A DNA stretch of 64,000 nucleotides, from positions 1,119 through 65,118 of the forward strand of contig NZ_JAUSKL010000027.1 of the NCBI RefSeq assembly GCF_030646925.1, written 5' to 3'. Position numbers and translations under genes: made by a program. Position 1 is the first letter of the stretch. Each line of letters starts with the position of its first letter. The DNA is from Candidatus Binatus sp. (GTDB lineage Bacteria > Desulfobacterota > Binatia > Binatales > Binataceae). Shown one piece after another: positions 50,939 through 62,033 of this stretch. The notes under the pieces are model-generated. The model made no database searches. It had not been told where the DNA came from and saw nothing but the letters and a program-made list of their open reading frames with translations.

Positions 50939-52156
50939 CTAACCGAGCACGCCGGCTGTCGCCAACTCGGTGATCTTCGCCTCGTCATATTTCAGGATTT
51001 CTTCGAGCACATACTGATTGTGCTGGCCGAGCGTCGGCGCGGCGCGGCGCACTTCGGCCGGCGTGCGCGAAAGTTTCGCGCGCGGACCCTCGACCGTGAA
51101 TTTGCCGAGCGTCGGATGATCGAGATCGACGAAATGTCCGCGATGAAGCAACTGCGGATCGCGATAGGTCTCGGCGCTGTTCTGCACCTGGTGCGCGGGC
51201 ACGCCGCGCGCCTGAAGGATCGTTTCCGCTTCGACCGGATCGCGCGATTTGCTCCACGCCGCGATCGCCGAATCGAGCGCCGCGCGATGCTCGCGTCTTT
51301 GCGCAGCGGAACTGTAGCGCGCGTCGCGAGCGAGATCCTCGCGACCTATCGCCGAGCACAGGCGGCGCCAATCGTCGTCGTGGCGGCACGCGATCGCGAC
51401 CCATCGATCCTCGCCCGCCGCGGGATACACGCCATGCGGCGCGAACTCATAGTCGGCGTTGCCGACGCGTCCGGCAACCCGCCCGTTGGCGGTGTAGTCG
51501 AGAATCGCGGGCGCCAGGAAATGAATCGCGCATTCGGCTTGTGACTGATCGATATACTGGCCCTCGCCGGTGCGACGATGGTGATCGAGCGCAGCGATCA
51601 GCGCCATCGCGGTGAAGCGCGGCGCAACGTAATCGGTGTACGCGCCGAACGGCCCGGCTGGCGGTTGATCGGGCCATCCAGTGAGATTGTGGAATCCCGC
51701 TATGGCGGCCGCCATGTTGCCGAAGCCGGCGATTTTCGCGAGCGGTCCCGTCTGACCCATCAGGCACGAACTCAGCATGATGATGTCTGGCTTCACCTTG
51801 CGGATCGATTCGTAGTCGTAGCCCCACGCGCGCATCGCCTTGGGCGAGAAGGACTCCGTGACCACGTCGGCCCATCGCACGAGATCGAAAACCAGATCGC
51901 GCGCCGCCGGATTGCCGAGATCGATCGAGATGCCGAACTTGCCGGCGTTGCAATTGGCGAACAGTCCGGAACTGTCGGGACCGAGCGCGTTGCCATGAAA
52001 CGGCTGCAGCGTGCGCGCGGTATCGATGCGCGTCGGCGATTCGATTCGCACGATCGTGGCGCCATAGTCGGCGAGGATGCGCGTCGAGGCGGGCCCTGCC
52101 ATCACCCACATGAAGTCGAGAATCTTCACGTCGCTGAGCGGGCGCGCATCCGTCAT
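50939..52156 (-). CDS. family III CoA-transferase (CaiB/BaiF)
   Basis: Internal start MTDARPLSDVKILDFMWVMAGPASTRILADYGATIVRIE. The ATG overlaps the upstream stop (TGATG). Confidence 0.85.
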   Translation of the reverse strand: MTDARPLSDVKILDFMWVMAGPASTRILADYGATIVRIESPTRIDTARTLQPFHGNALGPDSSGLFANCNAGKFGISIDLGNPAARDLVFDLVRWADVVTESFSPKAMRAWGYDYESIRKVKPDIIMLSSCLMGQTGPLAKIAGFGNMAAAIAGFHNLTGWPDQPPAGPFGAYTDYVAPRFTAMALIAALDHHRRTGEGQYIDQSQAECAIHFLAPAILDYTANGRVAGRVGNADYEFAPHGVYPAAGEDRWVAIACRHDDDWRRLCSAIGREDLARDARYSSAAQRREHRAALDSAIAAWSKSRDPVEAETILQARGVPAHQVQNSAETYRDPQLLHRGHFVDLDHPTLGKFTVEGPRAKLSRTPAEVRRAAPTLGQHNQYVLEEILKYDEAKITELATAGVLG

Positions 52157-53412
52157 CAGATGATCCCCTTCTGCTTCAACTCGGAGACTTCGCGCGGGCT
52201 GAAACCCAGTTCGGCTTCGTAAATTTCGCGATTGTGCTCGCCGACAGTTGGCGGCCGGCGCCGATACTCGATCGGCGTCGCGCCGAATTTTACGAACGGG
52301 CCGGGGTAGCGAAACGACGCGCCCAGTTCCGGATGCTCGACGTTCTGGAAATAATTGCGAGACTCGAGCTGCGTACTCTCGACCACCTCGTCGATCGTCG
52401 TCACGGGCGTGATCAGCAATCCGCGCTCGACCGACAGTTGCAGCAGTTCGTCCTTGGTGTGGCTGCGCGTAAATGTCCGCGCGATTTCCTTGATGCGCTC
52501 GAATTCCGAAATCGGCTCGCTGCCATCGAACAGCATCTCTCCGTACTGAATCCAATCCTTGTCGCGCGTCGCTTCATCGCAGAAACCCTGCTCGCAGAGG
52601 TAATGCATGAAGCGGCGGGTGAAGACGCCGAGCGCCGATCCGAACAGCATCGTCATCGCGACGTACCCGTCTTTCGCCGGCCACACCAGTTGGATGTCAA
52701 GCGGACCGAACTTGATGCCGCCCGCCATCCGACGCGCTTCGGATGATCCGAGCGCCGCCGCGAGAATGTACGATTGCGTCGCCATGCCGACCGATTGCTG
52801 CGCCGCAACATCTATATACTGTCCGAGGCCGGTGCGAACGCGCTCGTGATTCGCCGCGAGCATCGCAACAGCAGTATCGGCGCACGCGTGCAGATACGCT
52901 TGCGGCACGCTGAGGCGCACCGGCGGGCGATTTTCGTCGCCAGCGAGAATCAACGGACCGCCCGCCGCCATGATGATCAAATCGCTGTCGGCGTAACTCG
53001 CCTTGGGCCCGTCCTGTCCGAACGCCGTGATCGACGCATAGATGAGCCGTGGATTGATCGCGCTCAGATCGGGAAAAGCGAGACCGCGTTCCGCCAGGTA
53101 GCCTGGATTGTCCGACTCGATCAGAAAATCCGCACGCGCGGCCAGCCGGCGAAAAATGTCGCGCCCCTGCTCGCGCTCGAGATCGAGCGTGATGCTGCGC
53201 TTGCTGCGATTGTACGCCCACCAGTAGAGCGAGCGATCCGGATGCGGCTGATCGTTGAAGAACGGCCCGATGCTGCGCGCGCTGGAACCGCCGGGCGGCT
53301 CGACCTTGATCACGTCGGCGCCCATGTCACCGAGCAGTTGGCCGCACAAGAGGCCGCGCTCAGTGGCCAGATCGAGCACGCGATATGGACTAAGCACGGA
53401 CATCGAGCACAA
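52156..53412 (-). CDS. family III CoA-transferase (CaiB/BaiF)
   Basis: YRVLDLATERGLLCGQLLGDMGADVIKVEPPGG... over 418 aa. Confidence 0.85.
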   Translation of the reverse strand: MCSMSVLSPYRVLDLATERGLLCGQLLGDMGADVIKVEPPGGSSARSIGPFFNDQPHPDRSLYWWAYNRSKRSITLDLEREQGRDIFRRLAARADFLIESDNPGYLAERGLAFPDLSAINPRLIYASITAFGQDGPKASYADSDLIIMAAGGPLILAGDENRPPVRLSVPQAYLHACADTAVAMLAANHERVRTGLGQYIDVAAQQSVGMATQSYILAAALGSSEARRMAGGIKFGPLDIQLVWPAKDGYVAMTMLFGSALGVFTRRFMHYLCEQGFCDEATRDKDWIQYGEMLFDGSEPISEFERIKEIARTFTRSHTKDELLQLSVERGLLITPVTTIDEVVESTQLESRNYFQNVEHPELGASFRYPGPFVKFGATPIEYRRRPPTVGEHNREIYEAELGFSPREVSELKQKGII

Positions 53413-53479
53413 TGCTTACCACTTCGGGACGGGCGATAGTCAACTGCCGCGGCAGTGCCCGCGAGGTGGATCGGTGACG

Positions 53480-54634
53480 CTAGTAGGGGCGCGCGACTTT
53501 GCCGATAATCTCGCGCGCGACCAGCGTCTTCATGATCTGCGCGGTGCCGTCGCCGATCTCGAGGCCGATCACATCGCGCATCCGCTGCTGATGCGGCAAG
53601 TCGAGGCTGAAACCCAGGTGGCCGTGCAGCAGGAGGCATTGATGCAGCACCTGCGCGGACAACTCGGGCGCGAGCCACTTTGCGCCCGCCGACAGCCAGC
53701 CGTGCGGCTCGCCGCGATCCTTGAGCCAGAGCGCCTCGTAACAAAGAAGTCGCGCGGCGCGCAGTCGCACCGCAGCTTCGGCGAGCGGGAACGAGACGCC
53801 TTCAAAGCGCGCAAGCGGCGCGCCGAATGCCTCGCGCTCGGCGACGTACGCGCAGGTTTCATCGACGCTCTGCTGCGCCGCGCCGATACACATCAGGCCA
53901 ATCAATGAGCGGCTGAAATCGAAGCCCTGCATCACCTGGATGAAGCCCGCGCCCTCCGCGCCGACGCGCGATTCCGCCGGCACGCGGACCGAATCGAAAA
54001 ATAACTGGCCGCGTCCGATCGCGCGCGAGCCGAGGTCGCGGAAACGAGTGCGCGTCACGCCGGGCGAATTGAGATCGACGTAAAATGCGCTCACACCGCG
54101 CGCGCCTTCTTCGAGCGTGCCGGTGCGCGCCATCACCAGTGCGGCGCCGGCACATGACGAAAACGAGATCGAAGTTTTCTCGCCGGTGAGCAGATAGCTA
54201 TCGCCGTCGCGGCGCGCCTGCATTTTGACGTGGGCGGCATCGGAACCGCCCGACGGCTCGGTCACGCCGAGCGCGGGAATCAGGTCGCCGCGGCAAATCG
54301 GCGGCAGAAACACGGCTTGCTGGCGGGCATCGGCACTGCGCGCGATGATCGCGCCGACCAGCGCCGACAACAGCAATACGTACGCGGCGTTGAAGTCGCC
54401 GCGCGCAATTTCTTCGTGCGCGATGCCAAGCGCGACGTAATCCAGGCCAGAGCCGCCGTGCTTGGCATCGACCATCGGCGCAAGTACGCCAAGTTCGCCA
54501 AGTTTCTTCACCAGCGCCGGCGGCAGATCTTCGTCCTTGTCGCGCGCAGCGTAGCCGGGCAGCAACTCGCGGCGCGCGAAATCGCGCAACGTATCCCGGA
54601 GCAGTTCCTGCTCGCCGGTGAGTGCAAAATCCAT
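53480..54634 (-). CDS. acyl-CoA dehydrogenase
   Basis: 384 aa. ...ALGVTEPSGGSDAA...GEKTSISF...IGDGTAQIMKTLVAREI. Confidence 0.9.
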   Translation of the reverse strand: MDFALTGEQELLRDTLRDFARRELLPGYAARDKDEDLPPALVKKLGELGVLAPMVDAKHGGSGLDYVALGIAHEEIARGDFNAAYVLLLSALVGAIIARSADARQQAVFLPPICRGDLIPALGVTEPSGGSDAAHVKMQARRDGDSYLLTGEKTSISFSSCAGAALVMARTGTLEEGARGVSAFYVDLNSPGVTRTRFRDLGSRAIGRGQLFFDSVRVPAESRVGAEGAGFIQVMQGFDFSRSLIGLMCIGAAQQSVDETCAYVAEREAFGAPLARFEGVSFPLAEAAVRLRAARLLCYEALWLKDRGEPHGWLSAGAKWLAPELSAQVLHQCLLLHGHLGFSLDLPHQQRMRDVIGLEIGDGTAQIMKTLVAREIIGKVARPY

Positions 54635-54645
54635 TTCAATTTCTC

Positions 54646-55041
54646 TCAGTTGGACGGCGTCGTGATTGGCGGGACGGTGACCGTCGGCGCACCGCCGCCC
54701 GACGGCCCGATGTATTCCGGCAGGCTCTCGATTCCGCCCGACCCGATATTCGGCGTCACGTGTTCGATCGTTTCGTCCGAATCGGATTGCGAGTCACCGC
54801 CGTAATGCTTCATCACTTGTTGCTGGACTTGCGCCGGCGAGAGTTTCGGCTTGATGCCTTCGTTGTGCGCGAGCGCCGCGCGGCTGTCGGCATCCATGTT
54901 GCGCCAGATTTCGCCGGCCTGCGCGCCGTTGCCGCGATTCAGCGCTTCGAGAAATTGCTGCTGTTGCGATTCCTTATGCCAGCATCCCGCGACACCAAGC
55001 ACGCAAGCCGCTACGAGAATCGCTGCGTGATGAGACTTCAT
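54646..55041 (-). CDS. small lipoprotein
   Basis: MKSHHAAILVAACVLGVAGC lipobox. Unknown function. Confidence 0.5.
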   Translation of the reverse strand: MKSHHAAILVAACVLGVAGCWHKESQQQQFLEALNRGNGAQAGEIWRNMDADSRAALAHNEGIKPKLSPAQVQQQVMKHYGGDSQSDSDETIEHVTPNIGSGGIESLPEYIGPSGGGAPTVTVPPITTPSN

Positions 55042-55051
55042 AAACATTTCG

Positions 55052-56179
55052 TCACGCCGCCTTCGCATCGCCGAACGTCACGACGCTTCGAATCGATTTC
55101 CCCTCGTGCATCAGGTGAAACGCGTCGTTGATTTTCTCGAGCGGCATCACGTGCGTGATCAGATCGTCGATGTTGATGCGGCCGTCCATGTACCAATCGA
55201 CGATTTTCGGAACGTCGCGCCGGCCCCGCGCGCCACCGAACGCAGTGCCTTTCCACGTCCTGCCAGTGACGAGCTGAAATGGCCGCGTCGAAATTTCCTG
55301 GCCCGCGCCCGCGACGCCGATGATCACCGACGTGCCCCATCCGCGCTGACAGCATTCGAGCGCCTGGCGCATCAGCGTCACGTTGCCGATGCATTCGAAC
55401 GAGAAGTCCGCGCCACCGCGCGTGAGATTGACGACGTACGGCACCAAGTCGCCTTCGACTTCGGCCGGATTGACGAAGTGCGTCATCCCGAATTTTTCCG
55501 CGATCGCCTTGCGCGCCGGATTCAGATCGATGCCGACGATCATCGACGCGCCGGCCAGCCGCGCGCCTTGCACGACGTTCAGGCCGATGCCGCCGAGGCC
55601 GAACACCACCACCCGATCGCCGGGCTGCACCTTCGCCGTATTGATCACCGCGCCGATTCCCGTCGTGACGCCGCATCCGATGTAACAAATTTTTTCGAAC
55701 GGCGCGTCTTCGCGAACTCTGGCGAGCGCGATCTCGGGCACCACCGTGAAATTGGCGAACGTCGAGGTGCCCATGTAGTGATGAATCATCTTGCCGTCGC
55801 GAGAAAAACGGCTGGTGCCGTCGGGCATCACGCCGCGGCCCTGCGTCTCACGAATCGCGACGCACAGATTGGTCTTGCCCGACAGGCACGCGGGACAGTT
55901 GCGGCATTCCGGGATGTAGAGCGGTATCACGTGATCGCCGCGCTTCAGGGTGGTGACGCCCGCGCCGGTTTCGATCACGACGCCTGCGCCCTCATGCCCC
56001 AGGATCGACGGGAACAGACCCTCGGGATCGGCGCCCGACAACGTAAACGCGTCGGTGTGACAAACGCCGGTCGCCTTGATTTCGACGAGCACCTCGCCCG
56101 CCTTCGGACCTTCGAGATCGACGCACGCGATTTCGAGCGGCTCGCCGGCCTTGTTTGCGATTGCTGCATTCACTTTCAC
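55052..56179 (-). CDS. class III alcohol dehydrogenase / S-(hydroxymethyl)glutathione dehydrogenase
   Basis: C-terminal 375 codons of the 820-aa ORF, from GTG 56179. (M)[16 protein letters not shown]...[30 protein letters not shown]...GLGGIGLNV. Confidence 0.85.
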   Translation of the reverse strand: MKVNAAIANKAGEPLEIACVDLEGPKAGEVLVEIKATGVCHTDAFTLSGADPEGLFPSILGHEGAGVVIETGAGVTTLKRGDHVIPLYIPECRNCPACLSGKTNLCVAIRETQGRGVMPDGTSRFSRDGKMIHHYMGTSTFANFTVVPEIALARVREDAPFEKICYIGCGVTTGIGAVINTAKVQPGDRVVVFGLGGIGLNVVQGARLAGASMIVGIDLNPARKAIAEKFGMTHFVNPAEVEGDLVPYVVNLTRGGADFSFECIGNVTLMRQALECCQRGWGTSVIIGVAGAGQEISTRPFQLVTGRTWKGTAFGGARGRRDVPKIVDWYMDGRINIDDLITHVMPLEKINDAFHLMHEGKSIRSVVTFGDAKAA

Positions 56180-56275
56180 AACTGATATTTCTACGCGCCG
56201 AAATTCGCGCCGTCCACCGCGCCGCGAGATTCGCCGGAGTTGGGATTCGCCGGTGTCATGCGGTACTTTGCCGGC

Positions 56276-57139
56276 ATGGAAAAAATCGGACGTGTCGCAG
56301 AAATTTGGCGCTATCCCGTGAAGTCGATGGCCGGCGAACGGCTCGAGCGCGCTTCGGTGGGGACGCGCGGAATTCCGGGCGATCGCGGATGGGCGCTGCG
56401 CGATGAGAAAGCCGGTGAGATTCGCGGCGCGAAAAAAATGCCCGCCTTGATGAAATGTCAGGCGCACTACGTCAGCGAACCATCGGCAACCGAAATTCCG
56501 GCGGCGGAAATCACGCTCCCCGACGGCGCCAAATTCAAGACCGGCGCTCCCGACGCAAATCAAAAACTTTCCGATCTGCTCGGACGGCCGGTGACGCTGT
56601 GGCCGCTTCAGCCCGTCACGGCACGCGAGCACTACCGCCGCTCCGCGCCCGACAATCCCGACATGATGCAGGAACTGCGGCAAATTTTCGGCCGCCTCGA
56701 AAACGAACCGATTCCCGACATTTCGATGTTCGGTCCCGAGATTCTCGAATTCACTTCGCCGCTCGGAACCTACTTCGACGTGATGCCAATTCATCTCGTC
56801 ACTACCGCGTCGATCGAAAAGCTGCGCGAGCTTACGCCCGGCGCGAAGATCGACGTGCGCCGCTTCCGCCCCAACGTATTGATCGAGACGAACGCGGGGA
56901 TGACTGGTCTGGTCGAGGCGAACTGGACCGGCCGCACGCTCAGAATCGGCGCGGCGCGAATCAAGATCGAGATGCCGTGCGTGCGCTGCGTGATGACGAC
57001 GCTCGAGCAGATCGATTTGCCGAAGGATCCCTCCGTGCTGCGCACTATCGTGCGCGATGCTGACCAGAATGTCGGCTCGTATTGCACAGTCGCCGGCGGC
57101 GGCGCGTTCGCAATCGGCGACGACGTCGCGCTCGAGTAG
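56276..57139 (+). CDS. MOSC domain protein
   Basis: [21 protein letters not shown]... and ...PCVRCVMTT. Confidence 0.8.
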   Translation: MEKIGRVAEIWRYPVKSMAGERLERASVGTRGIPGDRGWALRDEKAGEIRGAKKMPALMKCQAHYVSEPSATEIPAAEITLPDGAKFKTGAPDANQKLSDLLGRPVTLWPLQPVTAREHYRRSAPDNPDMMQELRQIFGRLENEPIPDISMFGPEILEFTSPLGTYFDVMPIHLVTTASIEKLRELTPGAKIDVRRFRPNVLIETNAGMTGLVEANWTGRTLRIGAARIKIEMPCVRCVMTTLEQIDLPKDPSVLRTIVRDADQNVGSYCTVAGGGAFAIGDDVALE

Positions 57140-57225
57140 CGCGAATAATTGCCCTCGCGCGCACTTCTCTGGTACGGTCGCGCGTTTACGCCGTCGCATC
57201 GTCGCGGCGATTCGGGAGGGCGATT

Positions 57226-58491
57226 GTGGCCGTTGAAGCTCCGGGCCATTCCCAGCGCAAGCTTGCGATCGCGGGCATGGCCGGCAACATCCTCGAGTGG
57301 TACGACTTTTCGATCTACGGATTTTTCGCGTACGCGATCGGCGAAAATTTTTTCCCGTCGCAGAGCAAAGCCACCTCGCTGATCGACGCGTTCGGCGTGT
57401 TCGCCGCGGGTTTCCTGATGCGCCCGGTCGGCGCACTGCTCTTCGGCCACGTCGGCGATCGCTACGGGCGGCAGCGCGCGCTGACGTTGTCGGTGGTTGC
57501 GATGGCAATTCCAACCGTCACCATCGGCCTGCTGCCGACCTATCATCAGATCGGCGTCGCCGCGCCCGTCCTGCTTGTCATCCTGCGCCTGATCCAGGGC
57601 CTGTCGGTCGGCGGCGAATACACCACCTCGGTGATATTCATGATTGAAGGCGCGCACAGCGACCGGCGCGGCATGATGGGTGCGCTCGGCGCCGCGGCCG
57701 CGTTCGGCGGCGTGATGCTCGGTTCTGCGGTGGGCGCGATCGTTGCCTCGCTGATGTCGCAACAGGCGCTCGCGGCGTGGGGATGGCGCCTGCCATTTCT
57801 GGCCGGCATCACGATCGGCATCGCCGGCTATATCATCCGCCGCGAACTGCGCAACGTCAGCGATCTGCCGCCGGTCAAGCCGCCGCCGATGCTCGAAGTG
57901 CTGCGCGCGCAATGGCCGCGCGTGCTGCAGGTCGCCGGCTTCAAGGTGCTCGAGTCGGTCGGCTTCTACCTGATGTTCGTGTACGCGGCGACTTATCTCA
58001 CTGAAATCGTCGGCATCACGAAAACCCAGGCGCTCACGATCAACACCATCGGGATGGCCGCCGCGGTTCTGATGCTGCCGGTCGCCGGCGCGATTTCCGA
58101 TCGAATCGGGCGCAAGCCGATGCTCTTGGCGTCGGCCGCCGCGATCATCGTGTTCGCGTGGCCGCTCTTCAATTTGATGTGGCATCCGAAACTCGGTGCG
58201 CCGCTGCTGAGCCAAATTATATTCGCGACACTGGTCGCGTTGTTCGTCGGCGTCGCTCCGGTGACTGCGGCTGAAGCATTCCCGGCCAACGTGCGATGCA
58301 CCGGCGTCGGACTCAGCCACAATCTCTGCATGGCGCTGCTCGGCGGAACCGCGCCGATGGTCGCGACCTATCTGATCGACAAGACCGACAACGAGATGGT
58401 GCCGCCGATGTACATGATCGCGGCGGCGATCGTGTCGGCGCTGTTCGTGCTCAGCATGAAAGAGACGGGGAAAACCGCTCTCGCCGAATGA
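57226..58491 (+). CDS. MFS transporter (metabolite:H+ symporter-like)
   Basis: GTG at 57226, 5 nt after GGGAGGG. ...[16 protein letters not shown]...[13 protein letters not shown]... Confidence 0.8.
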   Translation: MAVEAPGHSQRKLAIAGMAGNILEWYDFSIYGFFAYAIGENFFPSQSKATSLIDAFGVFAAGFLMRPVGALLFGHVGDRYGRQRALTLSVVAMAIPTVTIGLLPTYHQIGVAAPVLLVILRLIQGLSVGGEYTTSVIFMIEGAHSDRRGMMGALGAAAAFGGVMLGSAVGAIVASLMSQQALAAWGWRLPFLAGITIGIAGYIIRRELRNVSDLPPVKPPPMLEVLRAQWPRVLQVAGFKVLESVGFYLMFVYAATYLTEIVGITKTQALTINTIGMAAAVLMLPVAGAISDRIGRKPMLLASAAAIIVFAWPLFNLMWHPKLGAPLLSQIIFATLVALFVGVAPVTAAEAFPANVRCTGVGLSHNLCMALLGGTAPMVATYLIDKTDNEMVPPMYMIAAAIVSALFVLSMKETGKTALAE

Positions 58492-58627
58492 ATTCCGTGC
58501 GGCGTTCATAAACCGCGCACGCTCGACGCCGCGCCGCTTCGACACCTTTACTGCATCGACCGCAATGCTGTTAGAGTAGCGGCGATCGCAGCCCCGTCAG
58601 CCTGGCCGCTCGAAAAGGAGAACGATT

Positions 58628-59718
58628 ATGCGTGCTACCGTAATGCGCAATAAAAAACTCGTGGTCGATAATAATATTCCTACCCCAACCCCCGGCGTGG
58701 GCGAGGTGCTGGTCAAAACGCTCGCCTGCGGCATCTGCGGATCCGATCTGCACTTCCTCAAATTTTCCGACAAGCTGGTCGAGGGCGCGCGACGCTCCGG
58801 CGGTCCGTTCGTGATGGATCTCAGCCGTGACATCGTGATGGGCCACGAGTTCTGCGCCGAGCTGGTCGATTACGGACCTGGCACGCAAAAGCGATTCAAA
58901 CCGGGTCAGCGGATCTGCGCGATGCCGATTCTGATCAAGCCGACCGGCGTCGAGACGGTCGGGTACTCCAACGACAACCCCGGCGGATACGCGGAGTTGA
59001 TGCGGCTCAGCGAATCGTTGCTGCTGGAAGTGCCCAATGGTCTTTCGACCGAGCGCGCGGCCCTGACTGAGCCGATGGCGGTCGGATATCACGCCGTGCA
59101 GATGGCGCGGCTGCAGCAGGATGATGCGCCGCTCGTGATCGGATGCGGACCGGTCGGGCTGTCGGTGATTGGCGCGCTCAAGCTGAAGGGCGTGCATCCG
59201 ATCGTCGCGGCGGATTTTTCGCCGCGCCGCCGCGAACTCGCTCAGCAGATGGGCGCTGACCTGGTAGTCGATCCGAAGCTGAAGTCGCCCTACGAATCAT
59301 GGAAGAGCAGATGGCGACCTACCCCGATCCTTCGCGCGCGCCCGCGCTGCCGCCGTGGATGCCCGGACCGGCGCTCAGGCCAGCCGTGATTTTCGAATGT
59401 GTCGGCGTCCCTGGCGTAATCGAGGCAATCATGTCGGGCGCGCCGTCACACGCACGCGTTGTCGTCGTCGGCGTATGCATGGAACGCGATCAAATCGAGC
59501 CGATGTACGGCACCAACAAGGAATTGAATCTCCAGTTCGTGCTCGGCTACACCGCCGACGAGTTCGCGCAGACGCTGCACAACCTCGCCGAGGGCAAAGT
59601 GAACGGCGATCCGCTCATCACCGGCAAAGTTGGCGTCGAGGGAGTTGCGAAAGCCTTCCAGGATTTAGCCTCACCGGAGACGCACGCGAAGATTCTGGTC
59701 GAACCGTGGCATAGCTAG
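58628..59718 (+). pseudogene. Zn-dependent medium-chain dehydrogenase, one frameshift
   Basis: ORF 58628..59389 (…GICGSDLHF…GHEF…LTEPMAVG…GCGPVGL…DPKLKSPYES) continues in ORF 59299..59718 (MEEQMATYP...VIFECVGVPGVIE...AKILVEPW). The frames switch near 59296-59300. Confidence 0.7.
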
Positions 59719-59817
59719 ATCGGAATTCTTGGGCCCATGGCGGTCGCCGCAGAGTGACAAAGCGGTGAGATTGATCATCGTGTGACATCTCAAGACTTCT
59801 GACGCGGGCCGCCGTCT

Positions 59818-59894
59818 TATACCTCGCCCGCCTTTTTGCGGGATAGGTCGCCGGAACCGAACAAAGTGAGGGACCGGCGGGTGAGGGTGCAGGA
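59818..59894 (+). repeat. 77-nt structured intergenic repeat, copy B
   Basis: TATACCTCGCCCGC-loop-TGCGGGATAGGTCGCCGGAACCGAACAAAGTGAGGGACCGGCGGGTGAGGGTGCAGGA. A second shared module, AGA(A/G)TGACAAAG...CGGTGA, lies at 59751..59772 here and at 38370..38393 in copy A. Confidence 0.8.
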
Positions 59895-59922
59895 CGCCGC
59901 CGCCACAGAATCCCGAACCTCC

Positions 59923-61089
59923 TCAGTTCCTAAGCAGCCGCTCCGATGCGAGATCGGCGCCCTCGCGCATCGCGCGCAATTTCGCCCACACCACTTCCTC
60001 CACGACTTCGCCGAGCCCTGCCGAAGTCTCGAAGCCGCAATCCGTAGCCGCCATGATGCGCCGCGGATCGCCGACCGCCATCGCCGCACGCTCGAGCCGA
60101 TCGGCAATGGTTTCAGGATGCTCGACGTAGTTCGTCTTCGTGTCGATCACGCCCGTCACCAGGCTCATGTGCTCCGGCATCGGACACTGCTTGAAGCAGC
60201 GATATTCGTGCTGATGGCGCGGGTTTGCCGCTTCCAGCACCAGCGCCCCCGCCTTCGCGCGATACAGAATCGGTAGAATTTCGCCCAGCGGTACATCGAG
60301 ATCGTGCGGCGCTTCGTAGTTGCCCCAGCATACGTGCAGCCTGACCTGCTCCGCATCGATGCCCTCGAGCGCGCGATTGGTCGCCTCGACATTCGTTTCG
60401 ACGTATTCGAGAAATTCCTTCAGCGGACGATCCGCGTATGACGTGTGCCGTTCCATCGCCAGATCGGGCGCGTCGATCTGCAGCACGAATCCGTTCGCGG
60501 CTATACACTGATACTCAGTCTTGAGCGCACTAGCTACTGCATTTACATAGTTCTCATAGTTCGAGTAATACTCATTGAGCATTGCAGACGCGATTATTCC
60601 CGGCGACGGCGCCGTCATGAATGGTTCGACGAACTTCGATTGCTGCTCCGCGAGCAGGCGAAGCGTCTCGCTGCACTCGAATTCGACTTCGCTGCGATCG
60701 CGATACTTGACCTCGCCGATCGCCTTCGGCGCGTGCAGCAGATCCACCATCGTGCGCTGAAATAAGGGCGCCATCAGTTGCCGATAGGTCGGATACTCCA
60801 CCAAATCGCGCATGATCGGCCGCTCGCTGCGCCCGCCGAAGCCGGTCATCCGATGCCGCACGTGGGTGAAAAAACTCTCGCGCGATTGCTCGCCGTTGTT
60901 GCCGACGTCGATTCCCGCCTCAAGCTGCTTGCGAATCGCGCTGCGAGTCGATTCCTCGATCAACTGCGCCATCGACGCGCCGTCGGGCTCTTCGCCGCGG
61001 CTCTTTCGCACCAGCATCTCGACCAGCGCCGCGGGACGCGGCAGGCTGCCCGCATGAGTCGTCAGAATCCGGTTTTCCGTGCGACGCAT
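59923..61089 (-). CDS. cobalamin-independent methionine synthase-like (MetE C-terminal domain family) protein
   Basis: 388 aa. ILTTHAGSLPRP...VGNNGEQSRESFF...HVCWGNYEAPH.... Confidence 0.7.
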   Translation of the reverse strand: MRRTENRILTTHAGSLPRPAALVEMLVRKSRGEEPDGASMAQLIEESTRSAIRKQLEAGIDVGNNGEQSRESFFTHVRHRMTGFGGRSERPIMRDLVEYPTYRQLMAPLFQRTMVDLLHAPKAIGEVKYRDRSEVEFECSETLRLLAEQQSKFVEPFMTAPSPGIIASAMLNEYYSNYENYVNAVASALKTEYQCIAANGFVLQIDAPDLAMERHTSYADRPLKEFLEYVETNVEATNRALEGIDAEQVRLHVCWGNYEAPHDLDVPLGEILPILYRAKAGALVLEAANPRHQHEYRCFKQCPMPEHMSLVTGVIDTKTNYVEHPETIADRLERAAMAVGDPRRIMAATDCGFETSAGLGEVVEEVVWAKLRAMREGADLASERLLRN

Positions 61090-61260
61090 ATCTTCACCAT
61101 TGCCGCGCTGTCGATTTTTTCAGCCAATACGCGGCGCATGATGTCTATCAAACCGGCGCCGATCAGGGCCATCCGCGCGCTTGGACGAATTGCCGCGATG
61201 ATGCCAAACTCGCCCCGATCGCGATCCCCGCGAACGCGGGTTTCGACGGAGGCGTTATTG

Positions 61261-62025
61261 ATGGCTGGATTGCTCAATGGCAAAAGCGCGATCGTCACCG
61301 GTGCCGCGTCGGGAATCGGCCGCGCCGCCGCGCTGGTCTTCGCAAGAGAAGGTGCGCGGCTGATCGTCGCCGACATGGCCGAGGAACGCGGCGTCGAAAC
61401 CGTCCGCCTCGCGCGCGAAAACGGCGCCGAAGCGCATTTCTTCAAGTGCGACGTGTCGCGCGCCGCTGACGTCGATGCGCTCGTGGCCGAGGCCGTCAAG
61501 AAATTTGGCCGGCTCGATTGCGCGTTTAACAACGCGGGAATCGCAGGCTCGCAATGCAAGACCGCCGACTACGACGAAGCGGAGTTCGATCAAATCATCG
61601 CGGTCGATTTGAAAGGCGTATGGCTATGCATCCGCGCCGAAATCCGCCAGTTCCTAGCACAGAAGAGCCCCGGCGCGATCGTCAACACCGCGTCGGCGGC
61701 CGGCCTCGTCGGCGCGCACTCGATGCCCGCGTACACCGCCGCCAAGCACGGCGTCGTCGGCCTAACGAAATGCGCCGCGCTCGAGTACGCGCGCACCGGC
61801 ATCCGCGTCAATGACGTATGCCCGGGCGTCGTTGATACGCCGCTTGTGGATGGCATGGTCGCGGGCCGCCCGCGCCTCGCGGCCGCTCTGGAAGCCGCCG
61901 GGCCAATCGGTCGCAAGGCGCGACCGGAAGAGATCGCCGAAGCCGTCGCGTGGCTCTGCTCCGACGCCGCGTCTTTCGTAACCGGATGCTCGATGAGCGT
62001 GGACGGCGCGCTGACGGCGCAGTAG
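61261..62025 (+). CDS. short-chain dehydrogenase/reductase
   Basis: TGAASGIGRA, NNAG and the YTAAKHGVVG catalytic motif. Start at ATG 61261 inside the longer ORF. Confidence 0.85.
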   Translation: MAGLLNGKSAIVTGAASGIGRAAALVFAREGARLIVADMAEERGVETVRLARENGAEAHFFKCDVSRAADVDALVAEAVKKFGRLDCAFNNAGIAGSQCKTADYDEAEFDQIIAVDLKGVWLCIRAEIRQFLAQKSPGAIVNTASAAGLVGAHSMPAYTAAKHGVVGLTKCAALEYARTGIRVNDVCPGVVDTPLVDGMVAGRPRLAAALEAAGPIGRKARPEEIAEAVAWLCSDAASFVTGCSMSVDGALTAQ

Positions 62026-62033
62026 GAATCGCG

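Noticed and set aside
56180-58545. N-terminal 445 codons of the 820-aa ORF 55052..57514, and the 584-aa ORF 56791..58545
   Set aside because: Both are Arg-rich junk antisense to the MOSC and MFS genes. Only the last 375 codons of the 820-aa ORF, from GTG 56179, match class III alcohol dehydrogenase.
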